From Pseudomonadales bacterium (GTDB taxonomy: Bacteria; Pseudomonadota; Gammaproteobacteria; Pseudomonadales; UBA5518), in NCBI GenBank assembly GCA_035433265.1, contig DAORUQ010000002.1, positions 1 through 50,710 on the forward strand: 50,710 bases of DNA, given 5' to 3'. How positions within the stretch are numbered: the stretch's first letter is position 1; every line of letters starts with the position of its first letter. A program made the position numbers and the translations under genes. Positions 38,597 to 47,243 of this stretch are shown in pieces. The notes below the pieces were generated by a model. The model was not told the origin of the DNA. It saw only the letters and a program-made list of their open reading frames with translations, and did not search any database.

Positions 38597-38630
38597 GCGC
38601 CACGAGCGATCGCCGACTTGTGCCGCGCAC

Positions 38631-39818
38631 TCATGCCCGCGCCGCCTCGCCGCGCACAGGGCGCAGCACCAGATAACCCAGCGCCGAAAGCAGGACCGCG
38701 CACGTCATCGCGAGCGCGGTGGGCACCAGCGTGCCGTCGTAACTCTGCCCGACCACGTAGCCCGAGGTTGCGGCCATCGCGGTCTGCACGAAACCGAATA
38801 CCGCCGAGGCACCGCCGGCCGCCATCGGAAATTGCGAGATCGCGCCCATCTGTGAGTTCGACAGGCACAGGCCGCTGCCGAGAAAGCAGAGGAAGATCGC
38901 GAGAATCACGGCGAGCAGCGGCTGCGCGGGCCCGAAGGCCAGCGCGCACAGCAGGCCGATGCCGGCCAGGTTCACGGCCACGCCTCGCCCGAGCGTGCGG
39001 CGAATGCCGATGCGCGTGACCAGCACCGAGCTCAGAAGCGCGCCGCCCATGTAGCCCGCGACGCACAGCATGAAGGTGTAGCCGAAATGCTGCGGCGCCA
39101 CGCCGAGCATCTCGATCATGATGAACGAGGCGCTGGAGATGTAGGCGAATGAGGATGCGAAGGCCGCGCCGCCACACAGCTGGTAGCCGACGAAGGCGCG
39201 GCTGCGCAGGCAGGTGCCGAACTGCCCGAACACGCGCCACAGGTCGAGCGGCCCGATCCCGATCGAGGGACAGCTCTCGACGAGGGCGCGCAGGCCCGCG
39301 AGCGTGGCCAGCCCGAACAGCAGCATGCCGGCGAACTGCGCGCGCCAGTCGAAGCAGTACAGCAGCCAGCTGCCCAGCACGGGCGCGAACAGCGGTACCA
39401 CGGCCATGGCCGCGGCGAGCAGCGCCATCATCCGCGCGGCATCCTCCGCGCGATAGCGGTCGCGCACGATCGCCCGCGCGATCACCGGCCCGGAGGCAGC
39501 CGCGAGTCCCTGCAGCAGGCGTGCGCCGAGCAGCGTGGTGATCGAGGGCGCGAGCGCGCACAGCAGGGTGGCCAGCGCGTACAACCACAGTCCCGCCGCG
39601 ACCACGGGCTTGCGTCCGTGGTAATCCGACAGCGGACCGAACAGAAGCTGGCCCGCGGCGAAGCCGACCATGAACAGGCTCAGCGTGAGCTGGCCCTCGG
39701 CATGGCCGACGCCGAGATCCGCCACGATGCCCGGTATCCCGGAGAGATACAGGTCGGTGGATACCGCGGCGAACGCCACCAGCGCGATCAGCGTGGCGCG
39801 CGCGGACAACTCACGCAT
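38631..39818 (-). CDS. Bcr/CflA-family MFS drug-efflux transporter
   Basis: 395 aa. STDLYLSGIPGIVADLG...GPLSDYHGRKPV matches the Bcr/CflA N-terminal signature. 12 hydrophobic segments. Confidence 0.9.
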   Translation of the reverse strand: MRELSARATLIALVAFAAVSTDLYLSGIPGIVADLGVGHAEGQLTLSLFMVGFAAGQLLFGPLSDYHGRKPVVAAGLWLYALATLLCALAPSITTLLGARLLQGLAAASGPVIARAIVRDRYRAEDAARMMALLAAAMAVVPLFAPVLGSWLLYCFDWRAQFAGMLLFGLATLAGLRALVESCPSIGIGPLDLWRVFGQFGTCLRSRAFVGYQLCGGAAFASSFAYISSASFIMIEMLGVAPQHFGYTFMLCVAGYMGGALLSSVLVTRIGIRRTLGRGVAVNLAGIGLLCALAFGPAQPLLAVILAIFLCFLGSGLCLSNSQMGAISQFPMAAGGASAVFGFVQTAMAATSGYVVGQSYDGTLVPTALAMTCAVLLSALGYLVLRPVRGEAARA

Positions 39819-39871
39819 CCGCGCTCGTTCCAGTGCTGCGCCGACTCATGTGCGCGCGGACGCCGTCCCCA

Positions 39872-40294
39872 TCAGGACTCCAGCACCAGGGCTTCCAGCT
39901 GCCGGTGCCCCATCAGGCCCGGCTGCTGGCGCTTCAGCACGCCGTCGCGCAAGACGGCGAAGTTGGGAATGCTGCGCACCCCGTAGCGCTGCGCCAGCGC
40001 GGGCTGCTCCTCGGTGTTGACCTTCAGCACCAGCGCGCGGCCGGCCAGATTCGCCGCCGCCTTTGCCACCTCGGGAGCGGCCATGCGGCAGGGACCGCAC
40101 CACGGGGCCCAGAAATCCACCAGGACCGGCACAACGGCCCCGCCGATGATCTCGTCGAACATCGCGGCATCCGCCTCGAACGCTTGCGCCGGCGGCGGCA
40201 GCGCGGCCTTGCACGCGCCGCAGCGGCCGGTGTCGCACAACCTTGCCGCGGGCACCCGGTTCGCCGCGCCACACGCGGCACATTTCCTGATCAT
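39872..40294 (-). CDS. trxC: Thioredoxin 2 (zinc-finger-containing thioredoxin)
   Basis: 140 aa. N-terminal CAAC...CGAC double CxxC zinc-finger, then the WCGPC active site. Its ATG overlaps the stop of the upstream gene (ATGA at 40291-40294). Confidence 0.9.
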   Translation of the reverse strand: MIRKCAACGAANRVPAARLCDTGRCGACKAALPPPAQAFEADAAMFDEIIGGAVVPVLVDFWAPWCGPCRMAAPEVAKAAANLAGRALVLKVNTEEQPALAQRYGVRSIPNFAVLRDGVLKRQQPGLMGHRQLEALVLES

Positions 40295-40890
40295 CGGGCA
40301 CCCTGCGCGCCGGCCGGCCAGTCGACCACCACCGCACCACGCAACTCACCCACGGCAAAGCCCGTGGCGGCGTCGGCGGGATACTGCTCGCGCAACGCCT
40401 GGCGCACCGGCTCGGCAATGGTGGCGCCATGGCACACCAGGCACGGCGGCTGCGTCACGATAGCCGCCATGAAACGCGCGCCGCCATCGGGCGTGGGCGC
40501 GAAATATTCCAGTTGCCCCGGTGCGTCGCCCGCGCCAAGCCGTTCGCTGAACTGTTCCAGCACGGCCCGGCCCTGCTCATCCGGCGCATTGGCCGGGTTG
40601 CGCAGCCTGAGCGCGGTGCGCGACACGCGCACGCCGGCCGCATTGCCCGCCTGCGCGGCGATTGCCGGGGCGCGCGTGCGGCACACCGCGAGCGCGCCCA
40701 CCGGGCCAGCCGTCGCCATGGCCTGCGCCAGTTCGCCCTTCAGCGCCGCCTGCATGCCGCTGGCGATGTCGCGCGATGCCGCCAGCCGCGCATCCTCGGC
40801 AGCAGCGGCACGGCCGAGCACCGCGACGCCGAGGATAGTGAACAAGACCATCGTTGCACGCACGGGTATCGTCTCCCCTATTCGGGCCAA
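40291..40890 (-). CDS. DUF3365 (Tll0287-like) periplasmic haem-c-binding protein
   Basis: 199 aa (start uncertain; alternatives near 40851/40863). Signal-peptide-like N-terminus. A single CxxCH motif (CLVCHG) sits in the position characteristic of DUF3365. Confidence 0.72.
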   Translation of the reverse strand: MARIGETIPVRATMVLFTILGVAVLGRAAAAEDARLAASRDIASGMQAALKGELAQAMATAGPVGALAVCRTRAPAIAAQAGNAAGVRVSRTALRLRNPANAPDEQGRAVLEQFSERLGAGDAPGQLEYFAPTPDGGARFMAAIVTQPPCLVCHGATIAEPVRQALREQYPADAATGFAVGELRGAVVVDWPAGAQGAR

Positions 40891-40945
40891 TAGTTGCGCA
40901 GTTTAACGCGGCTACAGGATTGCCGGGCCATCGCGCCCGCATTAG

Positions 40946-40957
40946 ATTGGCACCAAT
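40946..40957. promoter_or_regulatory. Candidate ArsR-family operator ATTGG-CA-CCAAT
   Basis: Perfect 5-bp inverted repeat in the 91-bp divergent region, 25 nt upstream of the ArsR start. Confidence 0.35.
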
Positions 40958-40981
40958 GACTCTTCACCCGGATACCCTCCG

Positions 40982-41356
40982 ATGACAGCTACAGCAGTTC
41001 GCGACCAGTTTCAGACCCTTGTCGCCGATACCCGGGAGATGGGGCGCCATGCCGAGAGCGCGGCCGCCATGCTGAAGTGCCTGGCCAACCCGCACCGGCT
41101 GATGATTCTCTGCACCCTGTGCGAAGGCGAGTTGTCGGTGGGCGCACTGAACGCGCGCATCCCCCTGTCCCAGTCCGCGCTGTCGCAGCACCTGGCGGTG
41201 CTGCGCTCGGAGCGCCTGGTCGATACGCGGCGCGAGGCCCAGACCATCTATTACAGCGTGCGCCCTGGCCCCGCGCTCGACGTCATCCGCGTGCTGCACG
41301 AGCATTTCTGCGCCGAATCGACTGAACCACCCGACGCGGGGACGCCGCATTCGTGA
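40982..41356 (+). CDS. ArsR/SmtB-family regulator, BigR/SqrR-like (two-Cys redox/persulfide sensor type)
   Basis: 124 aa. LKCLANPHRLMILCTLCEGELSVGAL...SQSALSQHLAVLR wHTH. Cys44 and Cys110 (my count) fall at positions comparable to the sensing Cys pair of BigR (C42/C108) and SqrR (C41/C107). Confidence 0.85.
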   Translation: MTATAVRDQFQTLVADTREMGRHAESAAAMLKCLANPHRLMILCTLCEGELSVGALNARIPLSQSALSQHLAVLRSERLVDTRREAQTIYYSVRPGPALDVIRVLHEHFCAESTEPPDAGTPHS

Positions 41357-41398
41357 CGGTGCTGGCCGTCGCGCGGCTCCCGGGCGCTTGCGCGCAGG

Positions 41399-41815
41399 CT
41401 AGCTGGCGCTAGATTCGTTGCGCGTGCGCGCACCCGTCAGCAACCGTTCGCTGGCGATGATCGCTCGCGTATGCGAGCCCTGCCCGATCAGGCCGCCCGC
41501 ATCCCACGCCTGCAGTTCGAAGCCGTAGAGCTTTCCCTGCATGCCGGTGAACGTCGCCTCGGCACGCACCCTGACCCCCTTCGGCGTGGCGGCGAGGTGG
41601 GTGACATTCACGTTCACGCCGACCGAGAGTTGCCCCGGGGCCAGCAGTGGCTTCATGCAACGCGCCGCCGCGAGTTCCATCAGTGCGACCATGCGCGAGG
41701 TCGCGAACACCTCGGGAAATTCGTCTTCCACCGACAGCGCGAGCGCGCTGGCCATGTCCGCCTCGCTCGCCACCAGTTCCGCGCTCGCCCGCGCCCCCGC
41801 TTTCATCGCCTTCAT
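41399..41815 (-). CDS. Hotdog-fold thioesterase, FlK (fluoroacetyl-CoA thioesterase)-like family
   Basis: Internal ATG (41815 or 41806; GGGAGG RBS) of track ORF 41399..42274. FPEVFATSRMVALMELAAARCM...VGVNVNVTHLAATPKG...GQGSHTRAII closely parallels the FlK family pattern. Confidence 0.72.
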   Translation of the reverse strand: MKAMKAGARASAELVASEADMASALALSVEDEFPEVFATSRMVALMELAAARCMKPLLAPGQLSVGVNVNVTHLAATPKGVRVRAEATFTGMQGKLYGFELQAWDAGGLIGQGSHTRAIIASERLLTGARTRNESSAS

Positions 41816-41859
41816 CCTCCCTACGTTTCCTTGCGCAGACGCTTGCCGGCACCCTGGCG

Positions 41860-42396
41860 CTACGCGCTCACCTCGACCGGCGGCGGCAGCGTCACCTCCA
41901 TCACCGGCACGAACTCCGGCATGCCACCGAGGCTGACGGCACATTTGGAGCTCGCGTTGAATGTGGCCAGCGCCACCGCCATGTGGCAGATCTGCTCCTC
42001 GGAGAACTGCTCGCGCAGCCGTGCGATCAACTGCGGATCGAAATGCCCGGGATCGCGCAGGTACACATCGGCGAAACCGAGCACCAGTTTCTCGAGCTCC
42101 GAGAGCCCGCTGTCGGCGAAACCGTCGTCGATCTGCGCGACCTTGTCCTCGGTCAGCCCGTCCTGGCGCGCCACGTCGTAGCGTGCGGCCTTGCAGAACA
42201 CGCAGTTCACGGCGCGCGCATTGCGCAGGCGCAGCATCTCGACCAGGGCGAGGCGCACGCTGTTGCGCCGCCACACGCTGTCGTTGAGCCGCACGATCGG
42301 GTCGATCAACTGCGTCGCCAGCCCCATGCTGCTGTCGCGGATCACGTTGCCGGAGACGGTCGCCGGCGTTCCCGCCCGTGGATTGCCCTTGCCCAT
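41860..42396 (-). CDS. Carboxymuconolactone decarboxylase (AhpD-like) family protein
   Basis: 178 aa. All-helical, with a CxxC-type motif NCVFC in the AhpD-like position. GAGGG RBS. Confidence 0.78.
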   Translation of the reverse strand: MGKGNPRAGTPATVSGNVIRDSSMGLATQLIDPIVRLNDSVWRRNSVRLALVEMLRLRNARAVNCVFCKAARYDVARQDGLTEDKVAQIDDGFADSGLSELEKLVLGFADVYLRDPGHFDPQLIARLREQFSEEQICHMAVALATFNASSKCAVSLGGMPEFVPVMEVTLPPPVEVSA

Positions 42397-42406
42397 CGTT
42401 GTGCCC

Positions 42407-42874
42407 TCAGTGTGCCGTGGCGGCGCCGAGCGCCGTGAACATCAGGGCGAGACGGATGCGCCCCTCGATGAAACCCAGCGCCTCGATCAGGCACACCAGT
42501 CCCGCCTCGCCGAAATGCCGCTTCACGCCGTCGGCGAGCTCATCGGTGAGCGCGCCCGGATCCTGTGCGTAGATCTCGGCGAACTCCAGCACCGCCTGCT
42601 CCGCGGCATCGAAGTACGCGCTGCCATGATAGCGACCCGAGAGGACCGCCTCGATGCGCCCGGGATCGCGCTCGAGGCCACGCAGCACGGCCGCTTCGGC
42701 GCTGGCGCCGTGCAAGCGCGCCAGTCGCAGCCGGCAGAGTTCGAGCAGCCGCGCCGGCACGTGGTCCTGGCGCCACAACTGCTCCCACAGCGCGTTGAAA
42801 TCGCGCGCCATCGCGCCGCCGGGGGCGAGCGCGACGGACAGGGTCTCGCTGGTCACTGCGCCATCTGCCTGCAT
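42407..42874 (-). CDS. Carboxymuconolactone decarboxylase (AhpD-like) family protein, no CxxC
   Basis: Internal ATG at 42874 (GAGGAG RBS) of track ORF 42407..42967. Helical; LELCRLRLARLHG...EQAVLEFAEIY resembles CMD/AhpD-core proteins. 10-nt gap to the next gene. Confidence 0.72.
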   Translation of the reverse strand: MQADGAVTSETLSVALAPGGAMARDFNALWEQLWRQDHVPARLLELCRLRLARLHGASAEAAVLRGLERDPGRIEAVLSGRYHGSAYFDAAEQAVLEFAEIYAQDPGALTDELADGVKRHFGEAGLVCLIEALGFIEGRIRLALMFTALGAATAH

Positions 42875-43086
42875 CTGTAGCTCCTCTTCGGTGTGGCGGC
42901 GCGGCGGCTGGCGCACGGTCGCGCGCCAGCCGTTGGCGTCATGGAGCGGCAAAGCTCCCATGCGCATCCGCCAACGTCAAGCGGCCGCTCCCGTGCCGTG
43001 GTCGCCGCGACGCCGGCTCTGCTATGCTCGCGCCGCGGCTGCTCGCTGGCGGGTGGGGCCGCGGCACCGCGAGCGGAGGACCGTAT

Positions 43087-43998
43087 ATGCGCTGGAAGGA
43101 TGAACGTCGTAGCGAGAACGTCGAGGACCGCCGCGGCCAGAGCGCCTCTCCGCGCCGTGCCAGCGGTGCGCCGGTGCTGCTGCAACTGCTGCCCATGCTG
43201 CTGCGCTCGCGCGGCGGACGCTACCTGCTCGGCATCCTCGCGGTGGTGGTGATCGGCGCGCAGTTCCTCGGCGTCGATATCCTCTCGCTGCTGACGACCG
43301 GCGGACCTGCCGTGCAGGCGCCCTCGGGCCAGCGGGCCGCGCCCTCGGCCGCGGAGCAGGAGCGCGCGGAGTTCGTCGCGCATGTGCTTGGGAGCACCGA
43401 GGATACCTGGCGCCAGCAGTTCGCCGGGCTCGGGCGCACCTACGAAGATCCGCGCCTGGTGATGTTCAGCGCCAGCGTGCAGTCGGCCTGCGGCTACGCG
43501 CAGGCCGCGATGGGGCCGTTCTATTGCCCCGCCGACCACAAGGTCTATCTCGATCTCTCGTTCTTCGACGAATTGCACCAGCGCTTCGGCGCGCCGGGCG
43601 ATTTCGCCCAGGCCTACGTGATCGCCCACGAGGTGGGCCACCACGTGCAGACCCTGACCGGCATCTCGGCGCAGGTGCAGGCCGCGGGCCGCGGCGCCTC
43701 GAAAGCGCAGGTTAACGCGCTGTCGGTGCGCCAGGAACTGCAGGCCGACTGCTTCGCCGGCGTCTGGGCCCACCACGCCGAGAGCTCGCGGCAGATCCTC
43801 GATCCGGGCGATCTCGAGGAGGCGCTGGGCGCGGCCACCGCGATCGGTGACGACCGGCTACAGAAGCAGGCGCAGGGCTATGCCGTGCCGGACAGCTTCA
43901 CGCACGGCAGCTCCGAGCAGCGCGTGCGCTGGTTCAGGCGCGGCTTCGAATCCGGGGATATCGGCAGTTGCGACACCTTCGCGGCGCAGAACCCCTGA
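43087..43998 (+). CDS. YpfJ-like neutral zinc metallopeptidase (PF04228-type)
   Basis: Internal ATG at 43087 (GGAGGA RBS). MRWKDERRSENVEDRRG N-terminus, one TM segment, HExxH in IAHEVGHHVQ, C-terminal THGSSEQRVRWF. All are hallmarks of this family. Confidence 0.88.
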   Translation: MRWKDERRSENVEDRRGQSASPRRASGAPVLLQLLPMLLRSRGGRYLLGILAVVVIGAQFLGVDILSLLTTGGPAVQAPSGQRAAPSAAEQERAEFVAHVLGSTEDTWRQQFAGLGRTYEDPRLVMFSASVQSACGYAQAAMGPFYCPADHKVYLDLSFFDELHQRFGAPGDFAQAYVIAHEVGHHVQTLTGISAQVQAAGRGASKAQVNALSVRQELQADCFAGVWAHHAESSRQILDPGDLEEALGAATAIGDDRLQKQAQGYAVPDSFTHGSSEQRVRWFRRGFESGDIGSCDTFAAQNP

Positions 43999-44142
43999 TG
44001 CGGTCCGCGGGCACAAGGCCCAGATGGGCTACGCCGCAGGGTGAATTTTCAACCGCCTGAGTCGCGGCCTTTCGTTTGAATTCCACCCGTCCCTCGCTAG
44101 GCTTGCTGAGTCGAACACCCGCCGCAAATCACAGGGACGCGA

Positions 44143-45306
44143 ATGGATCCCATGCTCTACATGGCCGCCGCCGTCGGCGCCGCTGCCGCCCTCGCCCTTG
44201 CCGCCACCGCGATCCTGACGCGCGGCGTAAAGCCCCAGGCGGGCGCGGCAAACCCCGGCAGTGCGCCGCCGGAACGGCGCCGCGCGGTGGCGACCGATAC
44301 TGGCGCCGGCATCGCGCCAGCCCTGGCGATGGTGGCAACGGAAGAACCCGCGCCGCTTCCCGACGCCCTGAACGGCTTCTGGCTCGCCGACGAGCACGAG
44401 ATCACCACCCAGCGCAGCACACAGCTCGCCACGCAGTTGCGCCACGTCGCGATGCCCCCGCGCGAACTGCAGCACTTCATGGCGACGGACATCATGGCGG
44501 GCAACGCGGCCCAGGAACTTTCCGAGCTGGTGATGAGCGAGCCGCGACTGGCGGCGAAGGTGCTGGGGCGGGCGAACTCGCCTTTCTACGGGCTGCAGTC
44601 ACCGATCGCGAGCGTTGCCCACGCGATCACCTACCTCGGCATGAACACGGTGCGCAACATGGCGCTCAGCTTCGTGCTGCAGGAATCCTTCGCGGTAGAG
44701 GATGCCGCGCTCGGCCGCTATTGCGACAGCGTCTGGGAGGCGGGACGGATTGCCTCGGAACTCTGCTCCCTGCTCGCGCCCCGCCTCGGTTTCCCCGATA
44801 CGGGCACGCTCGGCACGCAGACGATACTTTCCTTTCTCGGCGATCTCGCGGTGCCGTCGCTGCTCGGCGACGAAGCCGGCGCGATCCAGGAACTCGATTT
44901 CGTCGAACGGCTCCGGTTCGAGCAGGAGCAGCTCGGCGCCAGCTCGGTGCTGCTCGGCACGATCGTGATCCGCGCGTGGGGACTGCCGGCGCCCATCGTC
45001 GATGCGGTTGCGGCCGCGGGACGCGTCGTGGTGACACCCGTGGAGCAGGCCGATCCTGCCCAGGCGCCGCGCAGCGCGCTGATCTACAGCTGCGCGCGCA
45101 TCGGCGAGGCGATCGCGCGGCAGCGCATCGCAGGACCCGATGAGATCGAGCTGAGGAATGCCGCCGCGCCCGAGCTGCACCACCTGCAGGGCTACCTGCG
45201 CCTGCCGCAACTGGCGCGGCTACCCGAACTGCTGCACGCGCCCGACGTGCGGCTGGCACTGGCGCGCACGATCGCGGCCGTGCGCAACGCAGCGGCGCCG
45301 GGCTGA
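44143..45306 (+). CDS. HDOD-domain signalling protein with N-terminal membrane anchor
   Basis: 387 aa. Hydrophobic N-terminus MLYMAAAVGAAAALALAATAIL. HDOD core LSELVMSEPRLAAKVLGRANSPFYGLQSPIASVAHAITYLGMNTVRNMALSF. Confidence 0.8.
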   Translation: MDPMLYMAAAVGAAAALALAATAILTRGVKPQAGAANPGSAPPERRRAVATDTGAGIAPALAMVATEEPAPLPDALNGFWLADEHEITTQRSTQLATQLRHVAMPPRELQHFMATDIMAGNAAQELSELVMSEPRLAAKVLGRANSPFYGLQSPIASVAHAITYLGMNTVRNMALSFVLQESFAVEDAALGRYCDSVWEAGRIASELCSLLAPRLGFPDTGTLGTQTILSFLGDLAVPSLLGDEAGAIQELDFVERLRFEQEQLGASSVLLGTIVIRAWGLPAPIVDAVAAAGRVVVTPVEQADPAQAPRSALIYSCARIGEAIARQRIAGPDEIELRNAAAPELHHLQGYLRLPQLARLPELLHAPDVRLALARTIAAVRNAAAPG

Positions 45307-45314
45307 GGCGACAT

Positions 45315-45334
45315 CGCGTCGGGCCCGCGACGCG
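45315..45334. terminator. Hairpin between convergent genes (CGCGTCG-GGCCCG-CGACGCG)
   Basis: 7-bp perfect stem with a 6-nt loop, between the HDOD stop (45306) and the TetR stop (45348). No U-tract, so its role as a terminator is uncertain. Confidence 0.3.
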
Positions 45335-45347
45335 CTGCCTGCGGCAA

Positions 45348-45941
45348 TCAGGGCTCCAGCAGTGCGCGCATGACCCGCTGCATCACGCGGGCGGTGGCGG
45401 CGCGATCCATCCCGGGATGACGCACCCCGCGAATCTGCAGCCCTTCGTAAAGCGCCGAGAGAACTTCGCAGCGGCCCTCGGGATCGCTGAGCCTGTCACC
45501 GTGGCCGCTGGCAATGCGCAGGGTTTCGCCGACCTTGCGCCGGACCTCTTCATCTGCCTGGCGCACCAACGCCGCCACCGCCGGGTTGCGCGCCGCCTCG
45601 GCCAGCACCTCCAGCAGCAGCGGACCGCGCGGGCCCTCCACCGCGCGCTCCAGCCCGTGCGGCACGTGCTCGACCATGGCGCGAGCCCAATCCTCGTGGC
45701 TGCGGATCTCGTCGTCAATGGCGAGGATCTGCTGCTGATCGCCGGCCACGATGGCCGCGATGATCGCTTCCTTGTTGGCGAAGTAGTGATAGATGTGCCC
45801 GACGCTCATCCCCGCTTCGCGCGAGATCTGCGCCATGCTGGCACCGTGGAAGCCATGGCGCTGGAAGCACGCCGCGGCGGCCGTAAGAACCTGCTCGCGG
45901 CGCATCTGCCCCCGATCCTTGTCGCAACACTCGGCACCCAT
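45348..45941 (-). CDS. TetR/AcrR-family transcriptional repressor
   Basis: 197 aa. HTH motif AAAACFQRHGFHGASMAQISREAGMSVGHIYHYFANKEAII. Divergent from the RND efflux genes. Confidence 0.9.
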   Translation of the reverse strand: MGAECCDKDRGQMRREQVLTAAAACFQRHGFHGASMAQISREAGMSVGHIYHYFANKEAIIAAIVAGDQQQILAIDDEIRSHEDWARAMVEHVPHGLERAVEGPRGPLLLEVLAEAARNPAVAALVRQADEEVRRKVGETLRIASGHGDRLSDPEGRCEVLSALYEGLQIRGVRHPGMDRAATARVMQRVMRALLEP

Positions 45942-45988
45942 GGTATTAATTCTCCCCTCGCCACGCTGACAGCCAGCGTAATGGTAGC

Positions 45989-46017
45989 TTGACGCGCAGC
46001 ATACACCTAAATAGAAT
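45989..46017 (+). promoter_or_regulatory. Sigma70-type promoter of the efflux operon (-35 TTGACG, 17-nt spacer, -10 TAGAAT)
   Basis: TTGACG at 45989-45994 and TAGAAT at 46012-46017, read directly. About 60 nt upstream of the MFP start. Confidence 0.5.
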
Positions 46018-46034
46018 GAACGCTCAATCTATTT
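46009..46034. promoter_or_regulatory. Candidate TetR operator AAATAGA-N12-TCTATTT
   Basis: Perfect 7-bp inverted repeat overlapping the -10 element of the efflux promoter. Confidence 0.4.
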
Positions 46035-46076
46035 GTTGGGGCGTACCCGATACCCCCTGCCCCGAGGAGCGTTCCG

Positions 46077-47243
46077 ATGATCCAGAGCCTGCAGCGTGCC
46101 ACCATGCTGACAGCCCTTGTCCTGCTCGCGGCCTGCGGCAACGACGGGGCCGGGACCCCGGCCGCGCCGCCGCCACCCGAAGTGGGCGTGCTCACGATCG
46201 AGCCGCGTGAATTGCAGTTGAACGTGGAACTGCCCGGCCGCACCTCGGCTTACCTCGTGGCCGAAGTGCGCCCGCAGGTGAGCGGGATCGTTCGCGAACG
46301 CCGGTTCACCGAGGGCGCGGAAGTTGTCCGGGGCGCCCCGCTCTATGTCATAGACCCCGACACCTACCAGGCCGAGGTAGCCACCGCCGAAGCGGCCCTC
46401 GCGAAGGCCGAGGCTGCCGCCAACACCGCGCGGCTGCGTGCCGAGCGCTTTCGCGCGCTGGTGGCCAGGCACGCCGTGAGCCAGCAGGATGCCGATGACG
46501 CCAACGCCGCCGAGCAGCAGGCCGTGGCGGAAGTGGCGCAACAGCGCGCCCAGCTGGCACGCGCGCGCATCGACCTGCAGCGCACCCGAATCACCGCGCC
46601 GATCAGCGGGCGCATCGGCAAGTCGGATGTCACGCCCGGCGCGCTGGTGACCGCCGACCAGCCCCAGGCGCTCGCCACCGTGCAGCAGCTCGACCCGATG
46701 TACGTGGACATCACGCGCTCCAGCCAGGACCTCCTGCGGCTTCGTGACGACATGCAGGCCGGGCGCCTGCAGGGCGCGCAGAGCGACGCCGCGGTGGTTA
46801 CGCTCGTGCTCGAGGATGGCAGCACCTACCCGCACCCGGGTCGTCTTGCGTTCTCCGACGTGACGATCGATCCCACCACTGCCAGCGTGACCCTGCGCGC
46901 CGTGTTCCCCAATCCCGAGCAGCGGCTGCTGCCCGGCATGTACGTGCGCGCGATGCTTGCCGAGGGCGTGCGCGCCGAGGCGATACTGCTGCCGCAGCAG
47001 GCGCTGATCCGCGATGCCCAGGGCAATGCCTCCGCCCTGGTGCTCGACGAGAACGCCACCGCGACCCTGCGTCCGCTGCAGGTGGGCCGCAGCGTGGACG
47101 GCAACTGGCTGGTCGAGTCCGGCCTGCGGCGCGGTGAAGTCGTGGTGCTCGACGGGCTGCAGAAAGTGCAGCCCGGCACCCGCGTGGTGCCGGTGGCCCG
47201 GACGGTCGCGCCGATGGCCGTCGCCGCAAGAACGACGCACTGA
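46077..47243 (+). CDS. RND efflux membrane-fusion (periplasmic adaptor) lipoprotein, AcrA/MexA-like
   Basis: 388 aa. Lipobox [13 protein letters not shown], a coiled-coil hairpin region, [10 protein letters not shown] and DPMYVD motifs. Confidence 0.92.
   Translation: MIQSLQRATMLTALVLLAACGNDGAGTPAAPPPPEVGVLTIEPRELQLNVELPGRTSAYLVAEVRPQVSGIVRERRFTEGAEVVRGAPLYVIDPDTYQAEVATAEAALAKAEAAANTARLRAERFRALVARHAVSQQDADDANAAEQQAVAEVAQQRAQLARARIDLQRTRITAPISGRIGKSDVTPGALVTADQPQALATVQQLDPMYVDITRSSQDLLRLRDDMQAGRLQGAQSDAAVVTLVLEDGSTYPHPGRLAFSDVTIDPTTASVTLRAVFPNPEQRLLPGMYVRAMLAEGVRAEAILLPQQALIRDAQGNASALVLDENATATLRPLQVGRSVDGNWLVESGLRRGEVVVLDGLQKVQPGTRVVPVARTVAPMAVAARTTH

Noticed and set aside
46029-47240. 403-aa minus-strand ORF
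   Set aside because: It is antisense to the membrane-fusion protein gene.
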